DNA of 62,529 nucleotides, filler included, from Trichosphaerium sp. ATCC 40318 (GCA_038496445.1; 3 parts of 3 records of this genome joined end to end with filler, not necessarily neighbours in it); one strand, 5' to 3'. Numbered from the whole stretch's first letter, positions 1 through 13,706 are shown. Made by a program: numbers and translations. Notes: generated by a model not told the origin, from the letters alone.

Positions 1-352
1 GTGTATCTTTTAAGGCGAGAGAACAGCAGATGTTGTTCAGCGCAAGTTCAATTGCACTCAAGTAAATGCACAAAAGTGTTTGAGTGTATGCGGAGCATAC
101 CATGGAGAACCATAATTGAGATTCTACGCAGCACTCCAACGTCGGTAGAAGTTTTCTCATTTTTTTCAGATTCACACTTACACCTGTTGTGGATGGTTTT
201 GAGATTCTCAAGAAACCATTTGATAGTTGGAGACTATAAGCTGTCTATTATTATCAATCAAAAACTTGTATTGACATAGAATGGACGTGAAATAGTGTAC
301 TTAATATTAAGTCTATTTTTATTACTTTTTGAATCCGTTGCATACAAATATT

Positions 353-3150
353 TTAGCTATTGGCTTCGTAGATGGTTGAGCCTTTTGGGAACTCAATAAG
401 GTAATGACTCTTTACAACCTTTTTCTTTCCAGGCTTGATTGTAAAATTCCACTCAATATTACCCATTTCAGTTTGCTTGACATTAGCATTGTCTTCCTAC
501 ACAAAAAAGTCAGTCATATGAAAGATTACTTGATTGAGTCTCGTCTGTATGCTGTTGTGTTAAAATCTCGTTGCCATCTTGAGGCAAGCCTCATTGGTTA
601 TGCAACGCGTCAAAAAACACAAAGGCAAAACAATGTTAACGCTCAAAAGGAAAATTGTTGACGTACATCAAACTTTGGCTCGATGCATTTGACCTTTATT
701 TTGGATATAGTTGTTTGAGGTAATGCAGCATATATGAATACTTTATAAGGCTTATCCTTTAAATTCTTAACAATAAACTCATTGGCAACTTCCTAAAAAA
801 CGTCCATCAGAAATCAAGGAAAAAAAAACAACCAATGAACATCAAAAATGGGTCGTGCGTACTTTTTGATTGACCTTTCCTATCCATGAACCAGAAGTAC
901 CTTTCTTATCATCAATTTTGTTAAGCTCAACTTTAATTTCATCATCTGCACCAAGGAATACTGTAAATTTCTCTCCTGGACTCACTTGCTTAAAATTAGA
1001 TTTTGATACCAAGTTATTATCCATAAACACCCTGTTTAAAAAAACGATGTCAGCACACAGTGAACAACATCGAAATAACAAAATACCTATAAGGTCCAGG
1101 TAATATAATGTAATCTCCTTTATGAGTCATATCAGCACGCAAATAAGCTTTTTGTTCAAGCTAAAGTTAAAGGTTAGTACAAACTCAAACATCAAAAAAA
1201 AAAAAGACAAAAAAACAACTTACCATCGGAACTGTGGTGTATACAAACTTCGCCTCGAATACCATTATACCAACAGTCACCTTTAAGAAATATGTAAGGG
1301 TCTAACGGCTTTCTCTAAGGGGTACCTTGTGTTTTCTTTCTCCACTCTTCTCGTATGGAATTGTGGCTTCACGAGGAATTTCAAAGGTTGTTGATGTTGA
1401 TCCTTTTGTAGCAACAGTTTCAGCAACAGCTAAATTTGTAGGGATGTCAGCTCCATCGTCACATTCATCGACATCCGATAGCGCATAGGCCGCTGAAGGC
1501 GCAGCATTGTACATTGCTGTTTGCGTCATTGCCAAATTCATCACAGGATTTGTCATGCTGCTGTTTCTGGCGGATGTGTGTCGATATTGTGATGGGTTAC
1601 GAAGTGACAAATATTTAGCTGGTAGATCTGGTGGTTTTCCTCCAGCAGATGGCTCCGCAGTAGACAAGAAAATACGACTCTGTAAAAAATATGAGCACAT
1701 TTTTGATTAAAAGGTCTAAGAACAACAAAGAAAGATTTAGTTTAAGTCGTACATCTGTCCAGTCTTCTTTTGTCTTATTAGAGATCATGCCAAAGTATTG
1801 AATTTGTAGTTCAGCAGAATCAGTGTTAAGACGTAAATTATATTCGGCATCCCACGAAGCACCAGAAACAAGATATTGAAGAGGTAACGAAACCTATTTT
1901 TGAAAAAAATAAATAAACCGACATCTTTTTCACAAGTAAATATATGCAAACCTTTGTGTCTTCATGAACTTGAAGAGTAATATGCACTTCTCTTTGAACT
2001 TGTTTTGCTTTTCCTTTGTTCTTCTCCAAGTGATCTATCTCACCAGCAACACCTAATGGAAAAAATGAACAAACAATTGTTTGCTCAGAGCATAGAAACA
2101 TACGTGCGAGTTCTTTCTTATTTTCTGCTTCCTTTACATCTAGGGACGCTAGTCTATCTTGATAGAACGTCAAGAACTTCCCAACAGACTCAAAGTTTGC
2201 GTTAGACATCATAGCCATGACATCCTCTCCTTTTGATGGGTTTCTAACTGCTTCAGCCCATCCATCAATCCACCCTCGTTCAGTCTAATTTGAAAGAAAA
2301 AAATTAGTTTGTCACGTGATAATTTTTTGATTTTATGATTTAAAGCATACGTACTTTAAGACGTGCTGCTGCCCGTTGTAATGACTTTTTCTCCTTTGCC
2401 AATAGCCTTAAGGCTTTGCTAACACAAAATCAATAAAAAAAATCCAAGTACAATCGCAGTTGGCTAACTGACTTTGAGAACGTTTAAAGCTTTTTTTCTA
2501 GCTTTCTTTTTTTCGTTTCCGTTTTTTTTTTATTTGGAGGACAATGAATCAATTATAACGTACTGCGTTTCGTCCTCATCTTGTTTGCTCTCGTCGAAAG
2601 CCTTTTCTTTTGCAGATAAGGCTACTTTATTGAAAGTAACCTAAAGATAAAGTTAATTCTTCGTTTTTCTCGTCTAAAAGTACCTCAAGGAGTGTAGCAT
2701 TGCCTTGACCGCCTTTTGCGCGTGCTGTATCCTGCAGAAAAGGCGGTTAATAACATTTTGGTTTTGAAGAGAAAAAATTTCAGGCCGAAAACCGGTTTTT
2801 TGTCATAGTTACGTACGGGATCTATTGTATCTGGAAAGCCGTAAACGATGATTTTATTTTTGCCTAGCGATGTTTGAGCTTTTGTGTTTTCAAATAATAA
2901 CCGTACCAGCTCTTAACGCAATATCTATTGGCCTTGTCACTTCAGCTCGGTCTTTAAAGACGGTAACCTTGTTGTAACAGTTAATTATACTTTAACGTCA
3001 GTTACAGCCAAAACCACATACTTGAGCGAATGGAAGGTCTTTTAGCGCTAACCGCGTTTCTATCTCTTCATCATCAAATAAAAGTTTGCTATTGCTCTCT
3101 TGCGGGCTTTCGTCCTGTTGTATATCTTCCTCCTTTCCTTTATCCGACAT
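353..3150 (-). CDS. DUF4140/DUF4139 (MuiA-like) domain protein, multi-exon
   Basis: Spliced translation begins MSDKGKEEDIQ...VTVFKDRAEVTR. It contains GMISNKTKEDWTD..IFLSTAEP, STTFEIPREATIP and VFMDNNLVSKS..VSPGEKFTVFLGADDEIKV, and ends IEWNFTIKPGKKKVVKSHYLIEFP. These motifs are typical of the family. Confidence 0.8.
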
Positions 3151-3409
3151 TGCGACTATTGAAACTGACAATTATGTATCACGAAGCCTTCCTTAACAAA
3201 CTAAATGTACACTTAAAATCAATCATCGGCTAACTTGTATTTACAACCTAGCCTTTCAACTTTCATCAACAAACGCTAAATATGTTCTCAAGGCGACCGA
3301 GGAGATGCCAAGCCAATAAAAACCAAAAAACTTTTACACAAAATACTACATCTACTTCATTGTTGTTCACTATACAAACGCCAATTAGCGTCACATTACA
3401 TTTTAATTT

Positions 3410-5969
3410 TTAAATAGGAGCCATTGTAGCATTAACAGGAATGATAAGAGTTGCAGGGAATTGTTGTGCTGCATCTAGGAAAGCATACCTAAACGTAGCA
3501 AAGTCAGAAATAAAGTCATTCAGAATAAAAACACTTTTTTGTTTCAAATGTTTTATCTAACGTACCAAATAGCTGAATGGTACAAAATAATTGTCAAAGC
3601 AAGAGCTCCATTTGTAGTAACAATAGCAACAACTAGAGCAATGTATATTTTTTCTGTAAGGAGTCGTCTAAAAATCTTTGTCAAATCAGTGTAGATTTGA
3701 GGTCGAGTTATCCTAAAAATACACGATTGAGTGTGACAGTCCTACAAGTACTTTTCGTCTTCTCTAAAAGATACGTACTTTACAAATAATGCAGCTACAG
3801 CTGTTGTGACTATACTGACAAATACACTTCCAATAGTAAAGTAGATACTGTTCACGAATTGATCTGAAGTCATCTCAAATTCGTTATAAGGAAAGAATTT
3901 CTTATTTAAACCAAAGCGCAAGATAGGCACATTTATGAGATAAAACAATGAAGCCTATAAATTTGATTAACATAGTAGTCTCCAAAGGGGAAATTATAAA
4001 TGTTTTAGTGGTACCATGACTGAGCTGAGAAGTTTCCAAAGCAAGAAGCGAGCCTTAAGAGAAATAACTTTTAGAAAAAAAATCATCATTCACTAATTTC
4101 TTTGTACCTGTCTTCTTAAATACCCTGGATGGTTATTACTATGACCTCTATCCTCTGGGTCATTTTTATAAATAATTTTAGCTTCTACTGGGCAACATTG
4201 ATATCTACAAGTGAAGAGTCTCTTCAGCCATGCTTTGATCCAAACACTAATTTGTTAAAGATAAGTTTTCTTTAAGTTTCGTTTTTAGCTTAAACTAACC
4301 GGAAGTGCATCCATAAGTCTGTAAAGAAGAAGACATTGGCAATATCACCAAAGAAAGATCTTGCAAATAGTGCAATAAGAACTGATGGATCTGTAATAGA
4401 AGGGAAAGCCAATACTGTAAACTAATTGAAAGTGAGAAATATAAAGACACTTAGATTTTCGAAAAACAAATAACGTACTACATCCTCCATATTGTTGATA
4501 ATGAAACCAGAAAGCAGTTGAGCTGTCTCAATTGGAAACGGATCCGTAAAAGACAATATAGCCTTACGGAAGAAGAAAGCAAATGCGAAAGAAACAACCA
4601 AAGGCAAGACTGATTGACCGACTGGACCCAATAATCTAAACCCAAAAATGTACAACACCAGTACAATGTAGAAACTTCCAATAATAGCAACTACTTTGAG
4701 ATACTGGAAAAAAAACGGCTTGAATTTATCTAAATTATCAGCGCCCAACGCTTTTAAATGAGCCTTCTCAACGATAAAAATACCTGTAACGAAGTGTAAG
4801 TAGAGGTAATAAAGCATTGATGAAACAAAAAAAAAAACAAAAAAAAACAACTTTCTTAACCCTTTGCTACTTAGCTATCCTTTGAATAAAACTTGCTCAT
4901 ATAATTTACAACGAAGGTATTATATGTAAGAAAGCATAGGACGCGTTGGCTTTTAATAAAAAAGCAGGAATGATTAATTATTGACGCACCAACAAAAGTT
5001 GCAATATAAGCTACACTATACGCTACAAATCCATTGAGATCATAACGTCCTGCCAAAGGCCACGTGACATTAGCAAGAATAAGCTCTAATACAAAAACAA
5101 CAAGAACTACTTTCCAATTTGATATAAAAGGTCTTTGTACACCCATAGTTGCTAGAAAAATAGCAATATTTAGATAAGACGCAGCAGCATACCTATGGTA
5201 AACAATTAAATCAAAAAAGGTGATATCACGGAACAAAATAAATATGAGATACAAACACTACGGAGTCTCTCACACAGTGCTGAAAGTCGTTTAATGGCAT
5301 CTTGGCACGTGACGTACCCAACAGGGATGGTTATAAAAGCTACAACCCAGTATTCGCCAATATTCTTAGAGTGGGGGTTACCAAGAGGTATAACAGCGAA
5401 CAAAACAGCAATAAATATTGCTGGCGTTAAAACGGCTAAAATCCAAAACCCTGGATTTACTCTATCTATTCTAATGACGGAGTGAGCTTTTGATTGCAGT
5501 GGTATTGATTCGTTTTTTTTCCGCAAGTCTGAAAAATAATTGTTAAAAGGTTTTTACCGTAGTTTATGGGCGAGAGTAGGTTTGTCAGCCTTATAAGCGT
5601 ATCGTTTATCCTTTAAGATCGCATTTTGTTTGTCATCAATTTGATGCGCGTTTTGATCGTAGTCTTCGCTCCCAGATGATTCCTCACCTTGATCATAGTC
5701 GAATTTGTCTGGTATGACCTTTTTTTTCAAGTCTTTTTTTGCTTTTGCTTTTTTACGCCGTTTTTGCGCTATATTATTGTGTACTTCGGCTGTAGTAGTT
5801 TCTTTAGGTTGATCGTCGTTTTCTCCGCTTTTGTTAGTCTTGCGTTTGCGTGGGTTTGCGCCATCTTGAGTCTATCGTTGGTAAGCGTGCTGTATGTACA
5901 AAAAAAATGTACCTTCGATGGAGATCTCGTCTCAGAGCTGCTAATGGAAGACGTACTTGAAGACGACAT
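3410..5969 (-). CDS. multi-pass membrane protein of unknown function, multi-exon
   Basis: A charged, low-complexity N-terminus is followed by many hydrophobic segments in ORFs 5206-5526, 4871-5254, 4422-4850 and 3742-3948, separated by short GT-AG introns. Confidence 0.65.
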
Positions 5970-6392
5970 AATTACGCGTGGTGGCGTTACAAAAAGAAAG
6001 AAAAACCAACTGAATTGACTTTTTCAAGAACGACTGCAAATTACCATTTTCGATCTACACTAACGCATACCGGATGGAACATGCTACTATCGTACATTTG
6101 ACTGTCGAACTGCTAAAGAGATGTAGGCTAAAAGATTTATGCTCAAGTTTTGAGTTTTTAGATGGTTAAACAATCAAAACAATCACGTGTCACAATTAAT
6201 GTTTTAGCTATCATGAGCCATCTGTTACAATGAGATTTTTTCCTTGTCAGTAAATTATAAGCAATCAAAAATAGTCACAGCAGAGAAAGAACATAATCAC
6301 TTCAACAATTGGTAGGTCATTGAGGAGCCTTAACAAAGCAAAAACAAACAACTGTACTTTATTAAACGAACTAGAAAAGCGATACAATGGTC

Positions 6393-6833
6393 TCAATCTT
6401 CTGGGTCGCTATCAATTTCATCAAGTATTTCGTGAAAATCCCTGATTTCGCCTTCAGCGTTGTACGCTGTTGCCATGTCACCTGAACAAACAGCCTTGTA
6501 AACTGCACGAGCATTTAGAGCGATGTGTCGTTCTATAACTAATTCGTCTAGCTCTTGCATCGACCTCAGTATCCTCGCAATAATTTTGGAAGTATTGTTA
6601 AGGTGGGGGCAGTTACCTTTTGTACGTTCAAGTTCTTCTACTGCTATTCTAACCTGTTCTTTTAACTTAGCAAGTTCTGCCTGTTCTTCGTCATACTTTT
6701 CCTGCTGTTCCTTCGCCGATTGTTTGGCCACCTCAAGTTGTTCACTAACAGTTTTGTATTGATTTTTTAAATAGTCTAATCGACGCTTATTTTCTGAAAC
6801 AGGAGTGTTTTTAGGAGGTGTTGTTGGGTCCAT
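6393..6833 (-). CDS. intronless coiled-coil hypothetical protein (146 aa)
   Basis: Complete ATG-to-stop ORF with a heptad-rich E/K/Q segment. Confidence 0.6.
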   Translation of the reverse strand: MDPTTPPKNTPVSENKRRLDYLKNQYKTVSEQLEVAKQSAKEQQEKYDEEQAELAKLKEQVRIAVEELERTKGNCPHLNNTSKIIARILRSMQELDELVIERHIALNARAVYKAVCSGDMATAYNAEGEIRDFHEILDEIDSDPED

Positions 6834-6895
6834 TCTATATTGTGAAATAATAGATTCATATACATGCTTAAGTAAGTAACGCCATTAACTGCAAG

Positions 6896-7084
6896 AAGTT
6901 GTCTGTGTCACACAGTGACATGTTCAAGTATAAAACATGAGAAGAAGATGTCTCAATAAGAGGTTTACATGCGAAGATATCTAATAAACTACATGAGCTA
7001 TTTGAAACTCCGTTAGTTGCACAAGTTATCTGTGTCACACAGTGACATGTCCAAGTATAAAAAACCGAGAAGATATGTCTAATA
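6896..7084. repeat. two ~62-bp direct repeats containing the palindrome TGTCAC-aca-GTGACA
   Basis: 6896-6958 and 7023-7084 share AAGTTrTCTGTGTCACACAGTGACATGTyCAAGTATAAAA. Confidence 0.8.
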
Positions 7085-8003
7085 CGATGTATTAATGACA
7101 GTCGAGATAGTGTTGTATCCTTTTATGTCAATGGTGAAACAAAATTGTCATAATGTATGGAAAGCCTTTGCTATTCTGAAATGATGAAGAGACAAGTGAG
7201 CGTGAAGTTGGTTGTAAAAAAAAGACTTCAAGAACAGCAACAAATAGGAGAAGAGGTACAACGCCATAAATACCTTGAATACCCTAAAATAATATTACAA
7301 AGGTACCAGAGAAGCTTAAACCAGTAAAAGATAGACGTTATTTGATCCAACATTCGTTGATAAGGATGAACGCAGATTTATACGCATGCACGTGATCGAA
7401 CTGCTAGTCCGAAGCAGTTTTTAGAAGTTTACCGTTGATTCACACTTTCTACATGCTGGATAACCCAACCAGACTATAAAACAAACACCAACAGATAAAA
7501 CGTTAGAAAATAAAAGTGGTTGACATTTCCTTTTGAAAACGATTTGGAAGAGAGTTGAAAGCTCAACTAGGGCTTGCCCGTGGATGGTTTTTTGTTTTAA
7601 AACAAGAATAGTTAGAAGGTTTGATATTGTGTATCTCTGACTACCTCTATAGAAACTGTAAAATAGTATTTTTACAAACACAATCAAAACCGGCAACATA
7701 CAACATACGTGCTTGGAACTCATGGTTCTTCTGAATGGATTAAGCGCGTACAACAGAGGAGCAAAAGCTAAACAAATAAAGGAGAAGACGAGAAGATGTT
7801 TTATGCCCTCGAGTTTTGCAGGTGGAATGGATACGGAGTTAAAAGTTGGAGGCGAATCAAGTATTGAAATACTTCATGATATCATTGTGTTGCTAATATA
7901 GTTCAGTTAATAAATTTTATATTGATCAGCGTCTTGTTAAGGTGCTAGCGTCTTACCAGTGTACTATACATGCAGTAGGTGACATGTGCGGTTTTTTACA
8001 CAT

Positions 8004-8107
8004 ACCCGCAATCCCCAGATCCGAAGACTGGTGCCATACCATTAGGCCACGAAGACTTTAACGTTGTGAAGAAAGTTGGAGTGTACTGAACTGATCTGTT
8101 GTGATAT
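8004..8107 (-). pseudogene. truncated inverted copy of tRNA-Arg(TCG) plus 51 bp of its 5' flank
   Basis: Exact reverse complement of 13656-13759 (104 bp). The copy ends in the T-loop. Confidence 0.9.
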
Positions 8108-9375
8108 CTGTTTTCACAAACACTTTAGAATGTTCAAGGATGCTGAATCAAGGCTTTGGCAATACTTGTTGAACAGTTATGTATCTAGGAGACGGTTACA
8201 AGATACAAAATGCCACTAGTGAAAATACATACTGAGTGCTATTGATGTTTGGCTGCTATTGTAAGCACATACACATAACATGGCAAATTTAACAATCGTT
8301 GTCTATCTTGATTCCTAAAAGCGGACTAAGCCAGTCATCTGTTGCATTTGTATTTGCTAGCATGATTGTATATGCGCTTGCAACTTCTCACACAGTAGCT
8401 CTCATAGATACCGTTACAAAGTTGATCGAACCCTGATGATGAAAGGTGTCACGCAATCGTTTACAGGTTTGAGAACATTAAATCGATAAGAAATATCCAC
8501 AAGGTAAATAAGCGATTATCTCTGTTGGTACATCTAGCAGCTACCAACTTAATACTAAAGAGTGGAACAAAAAGTAAGCCAAGCGTGTGGCCCAAATGAC
8601 TTTTTGTTTTGGATATTTCTTCGTTGTTTAATCCCCTGCTGTTGTTAGTGTTGCGCAGTTTGCAACACCGTGTCTTCAATAGTACCTTATATATAGTGTT
8701 GCTGTTAAAACGTTTAGTGGTCATAATAGGTTTGGAGGTTGATGCACATAGAACGTGGAATAAAGTTGATAAGCCGACGCATTTGACAAAAAAGTTGTTA
8801 AGGCCAAGCCATAAGAAAACAATCACTAACAACTCCTACCAACGCTTCGCTTCTTTCCTAGATAGTGCTTACACTCATTGATAGTGCCAACGCCGAACCA
8901 CCACTGTGCCTAGCATTATTGCCGATAATTCAGGTCTGACAGATGCTTGAGTCATTTTTACAAGCTTGTAAATATGCTTATCCGTTAACGGATTATGTAG
9001 CTCAGGTAAGACTAGATACTTATTGTAGAAAAGGTGGAAACATAACTTCTGCTGCGAGTTTTAGATTGACACCGAAGACACTGAAAGAGTCTTTGATTGT
9101 GTAAGTTCTGGCAAAGGTTAAGTGAGCGTAGAAAACTCACAAGAAATTTTTTTTGTAAATGCGAGAAAGGTAAACACTAGTAGCTAGGACATAAATCTTC
9201 GTGGGCGTCTTATTTCGTAATAAAGACCATATTCGTAACTATTGGGCGCACCTAACGTAACTATACGTTAAAATGATACAAGGTACCAATTTACGCCTTA
9301 GGTGCTATTTTAAAACGCTACCCGCGTATTTCGAGCGTTTGGAAAAAATGTTGGTCCGAATAAGAACTATATATT

Positions 9376-12300
9376 GGAGGGACAGAAAAATCCCTGGAAA
9401 ATAACGAAAAATCCACACCCTGGGATTTTTCGTTAATTGCTTGTAGTTTTGTCGGCAGTTAACTGTACTGTAATTAGTCCACGCAAGTCTGAAATGCGCT
9501 ATTATTCCATTGTTTTGAGCGTATTATCAAGCGCTGCTGTAATATATAGTTATTAACGGTAGCGTACATTTAACTCCCAATGGTAGTTGGCCGTAATTTT
9601 GTTTAACGAGTAACGTACACGTTTTTATGTAAATTACGAGCATCAAAGGGGAATATTGGGAATATCACAAATTATGTTGTTAAAAAAGAGGCAAGCTAAA
9701 AATGACAATTTGTCATATTTTTCAAACTCAATTTTTTTTTTTTTAAATGCCTACGCTATCTCTGTGCGTAGAAAACGCCTCTGACCATAGTTTTAAAAAA
9801 AAACTGGTTTTTCCAAATTTTTTTTTGTTTGGTTTTGTCGCTTGGTCTTTGCTTGGCCTAAAATATGTTAAGAACATGTTCTAGACCTTCTTTGTTTCCC
9901 CGCCTTTTTGCTGTTTTCCCAATTTTTTTTTTTGACAGGTGCGGCACTGTGCCTCTTACCAAACAGGAAAGAGTACGCAATTCATATTTACATTACATAC
10001 CGAGAGCTTTGGCAGTTGTTTAAGAATTTGGGGTTGGCACAAAAATCGCTTTTCTTGAAATACAAAGTTCCGCTTATTAGCACGCATTTTTAGTGTATTG
10101 TACTCTCCTAGATTTAAGACTTGACACTAACACAAAAACTACCTTTTTTTGTTTGGTCCTTTTTCCGTGTTTAAACATGATTGCATGTGTAACACTTTTA
10201 CTGTTGATACCCCCAACTTAAATTGTATGGTATGCTGTTACATGTTTGGCACGTCAAGTTTGTTTGAGACAAAAAAACAAATTATTTCATTTTATTGTTT
10301 GAAATACATTTGCGCTTTGCGTGTAAGTTTACGGGTTCGTGTTGGTTTGACATCACCGTTGGCTATGGCTTTGTATAATTCAGTTTCAGAACGTTGAAAG
10401 CCATGTTCTAATACAGGTAAGTAAAACAAAAACAAATTGTTAAATCAAAAAAAAGTACTAACCTTGCCAAGTTACGCGAAAAGCTGAAACAGTTGGTAAG
10501 TCACAAGGTAGCACTGCAGGTGGCAGAACACTAGGCACCACTACATTAGGAGTTGGAGAAAGTGCAAACGTTTGAGTTGGACTTGGTAAACCTTCAATTG
10601 GTTGAAAATCGTTAGAAAGAAATGATAAAGACATTGGAGATAATGGTGGTGAGGAGGCTGCGCTTGCTGACAATGCCATGGGAGATGCTGGTTGTAATGT
10701 AAGTGATGCCATTGGTGATGAAGCAGCACTTGAAGGAAATGAAACAGGAGATGATGGAGGTAATGTATCCGACCGAACCACTGGAGAAAATGTAAATAGC
10801 AGAGGAGAGTTTGATGCAGATTTCATGGAGGAGAGAGGCGATGAAGGTGGTGAGAGTGAAGGAGACGGTAGCAGAGATTGATTTGTGTGCAGTGATGGAG
10901 CAGCATGGCATGACGGCAATGGAGGTGCGTTTGGTTCAAAAGTTTGACCTTTACCTTTTTTACCTCTTCTGTTACCTTTACCTCGTTTACGTTTCTCAGC
11001 GTCATTGCTTCTAGCTGTTGCTTTATCAAGCTCAGGTATACCAGGTATGTTGTCTGTAACAATAGTTAGGAGCATTACAAAAAAGCTTTGCTTACTGGTT
11101 AAGTTGTAGAGTTCATTCTCTTCCAAGATTGTTTCAGCTGTAAAGTTTTCCTCAAATAGCTGAACAGCGATAATGTGTTTACACTCTGTACCATAGCTTT
11201 GGTAGTAAGGACAGTTACAGATGCCATCTGGTACTTCAATCGAGTACCATTTATTTGGTGTGGCTTGTGATAGACAGTCATATACCCTGTGTGCGTGATC
11301 TGACAAATCAATAGCTACTACATGACCCTACAAAAAAAATAAGTTTTGCATCTTTTAGAATTAAAACGGCGTACATTTGCTGCAAGCTCTTGAGCGTTTG
11401 AATATCTTTTCTCGTCGGTATACTTTGCTTTTGTTTTTTTAATGTGCGAGCCACCTGTTAACTGTATTTCATTGTAGGTTTCCCAATGGTTATCTAAAAT
11501 GGCTGGGAACACTTTCATACAACGGGCAATGGTATAGCGGTGTTGTTTAAAACCTCAAACAAATCAGCGAAAAGAGAGAAAAAATCAAGAGGTACGCACC
11601 ATAAACTGTCATTATTTGTTTCCACTGTGTTTCAACCTTGTTGTTAGTGTTATACAGTCCTTTGCGATTAGGGCGCCCAAAATCTGTCCAAGCGCTTCGC
11701 CATCTCTCTGAAAACCTAAAAAGTCAGTTGTGTTGTGAAAACGAGCAATCGTACCAATTTCGCTTGAAATACAAGTATAATTCATTCGCTGGTTCTAAAG
11801 TTTCTTTTTTCCCTTTGGTACCTGAAATTACATCTTTCTTTTCTTTCCAAACAGTTGTCCTTGCTTTGCACCATTCTTTAAAACTTTGTTCAAGCGTGGT
11901 CAAGTTTTCGTCTGATCTAGCACGCTCAAGTAGACGGAGCTGGTCTGTTATTTCTTGACTACACCAGTGTTATTGGAGTACATAGAAAGGTACACGCACT
12001 ATAGTTTTGAGTCAGAGTCGCTTTTGAACGTAGTTCGCACATATTGGCCTATTGTGCGGCGATAATGAAAGGTACATAACAAATAACGTAACCCGACACT
12101 AACAAGGGCTGCTTGTTCTGCATTATCTTTGTCAATCATAACGTACGGGTTCCAAACGCGATTTTTAGCTATAACAATGAACGTGTTAGCAATAAAGTTC
12201 CTTTATTTATGTACTGTTCAATTTTGCTTTTATTGCTGATAAAAAGCACTCTATGTTTTCAGCTTTGCTGCTTGATGCAATAGCCAATGCACAAAGTAAA

Positions 12301-13363
12301 CCTCGCTTGGTTTTTGGCTCTTCACATACGATTCCCCAGATAGGAAATGAATAAGCGTTAAATTTATACACGCTATCAAGTCCAATGATGTCACTGCCAT
12401 GTTGTTGTAAAAGCTTCAATGATTTTGGAGTGGTGAACACTGCTACAAAGTTGCTTTTTTCATTGGTTGGCATGTGCGCTGCAATTCTTGGATACAAAAT
12501 GTATGGTTTGATAGTTGGGTCATTTAGAGTAGTTCGTATTTCATCGATAATGCTTGTTGTCCTAGTTAAAGGGTAAATGTTAATAAAACAATAAAGATAC
12601 TTACGGTTTTATTGCACGATTCTCTCGCTGCCAATCACTAACTTGACGTGTTGGTAGGATCCACTGTTTAAGGGTTGGGTTTTGAATTAATTTGTTTTGT
12701 TGTAGTTGCCGTATGATTTGTACTCTAGTGTTGTTTAAAAACTGCCCTGGTGATGCACGTCCATATCTCCTCGTTGTTCCAAATTCATCCTCTAAATTAA
12801 ATTGTTTACGTACCTAGCGTTTATTTAGTGAGAGTATACTTTCGAGAGTGCGCACTAAGTATACGTAATATTCTTTTGATATATTTTGTTTGGCTTTAAA
12901 GGAAGTATTGTGATTCCCATTCAAGGTGACGTGCGCTGTAGTTAAATCCGTGAGGTAAATCACCCAAGTTAGTTCGCAAGTACAATTATCACAGCTTTTG
13001 CACTCTAAAACTTCTGAACAGAGTTTACCTCGTGAACCATTTCTATCGGCAGGTATTTTAAAATGCTGTATTGCATCTAAACCGGCAAACCGTGGATTTG
13101 AAAACTTGCTTCCTCCTAGCACTCCTTTGCATTTTTTGATGCCTCCGCCACATCGTAATCCCTGCACTTTTTTACCTTTTTTTTTGCACAACCAGAGACC
13201 ATTGAACGCTGTGTGCTCACTGCTGAACTCATGTACTAGCGCTGGCAACTTGGCTACTGGTATAACCAACTGCATTGAAACTAGGGGAGAACCAATACTC
13301 AAACAACGAAAAATCCCGACCTTGGGAATTTTCGCTATTTTCCGGGGATTTTTCTGTCTCTCC
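9376..13363 (-). mobile_element. complete Mutator-like DNA transposon (MULE), about 4.0 kb
   Basis: Imperfect ~60-bp TIRs (GGAGGGACAGAAAAATCCCTGGAAAATA... / ...TATTTTCCGGGGATTTTTCTGTCTCTCC). Perfect 9-bp TSD CTATATATT at 9367-9375 and 13364-13372. Internal transposase gene. Confidence 0.95.
10292..13275 (-). CDS. MULE DDE transposase with SWIM zinc finger and Ser/Pro-rich tail, multi-exon
   Basis: IIGLDSVYKFN (D1), VMIDKD (D2), CTFH (CxxH), TNNKVE (E), and SWIM CNCPYYQSYGTECKHIIAV. Confidence 0.9.
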
Positions 13364-13706
13364 CTATATATTAGCCGCCTTTAGATGAAATGGGTAGTTT
13401 GCTTCTGATACAACGACCTAGGGTTAACAATACTCGTTTTTTGTAACTCAAAACGTGACACAGTGACATAAGTCCAAAATCGTTTTTTGGTTTGCTATGA
13501 GTATCAATAGGTTAATACTAGCCTTGTGTAATAGAAGAAGGTGCAATAGTATAGGTAAGTAAAGATAATCCTGTATTTAGTCAACCAGACGGAAATGAGT
13601 ATTACAATATTGTTAGGCTGTAAATAGACTTTTGAACGTTGGTCTTTAATAGTCAATATCACAACAGATCAGTTCAGTACACTCCAACTTTCTTCACAAC
13701 GTTAAA

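Noticed and set aside
1-279. ORF at the window start
   Set aside because: Probably the 3' exons of an upstream gene, but no recognisable product.
8430-8452. CTGATGATGAAA, resembling a hammerhead ribozyme core
   Set aside because: There is no stem II between CUGAUGA and GAAA and no convincing flanking helices.
7100-9300. Short ORFs in a coding-looking region
   Set aside because: Stops occur in all frames and there is no recognisable motif. Probably decayed sequence, so no product is assigned.
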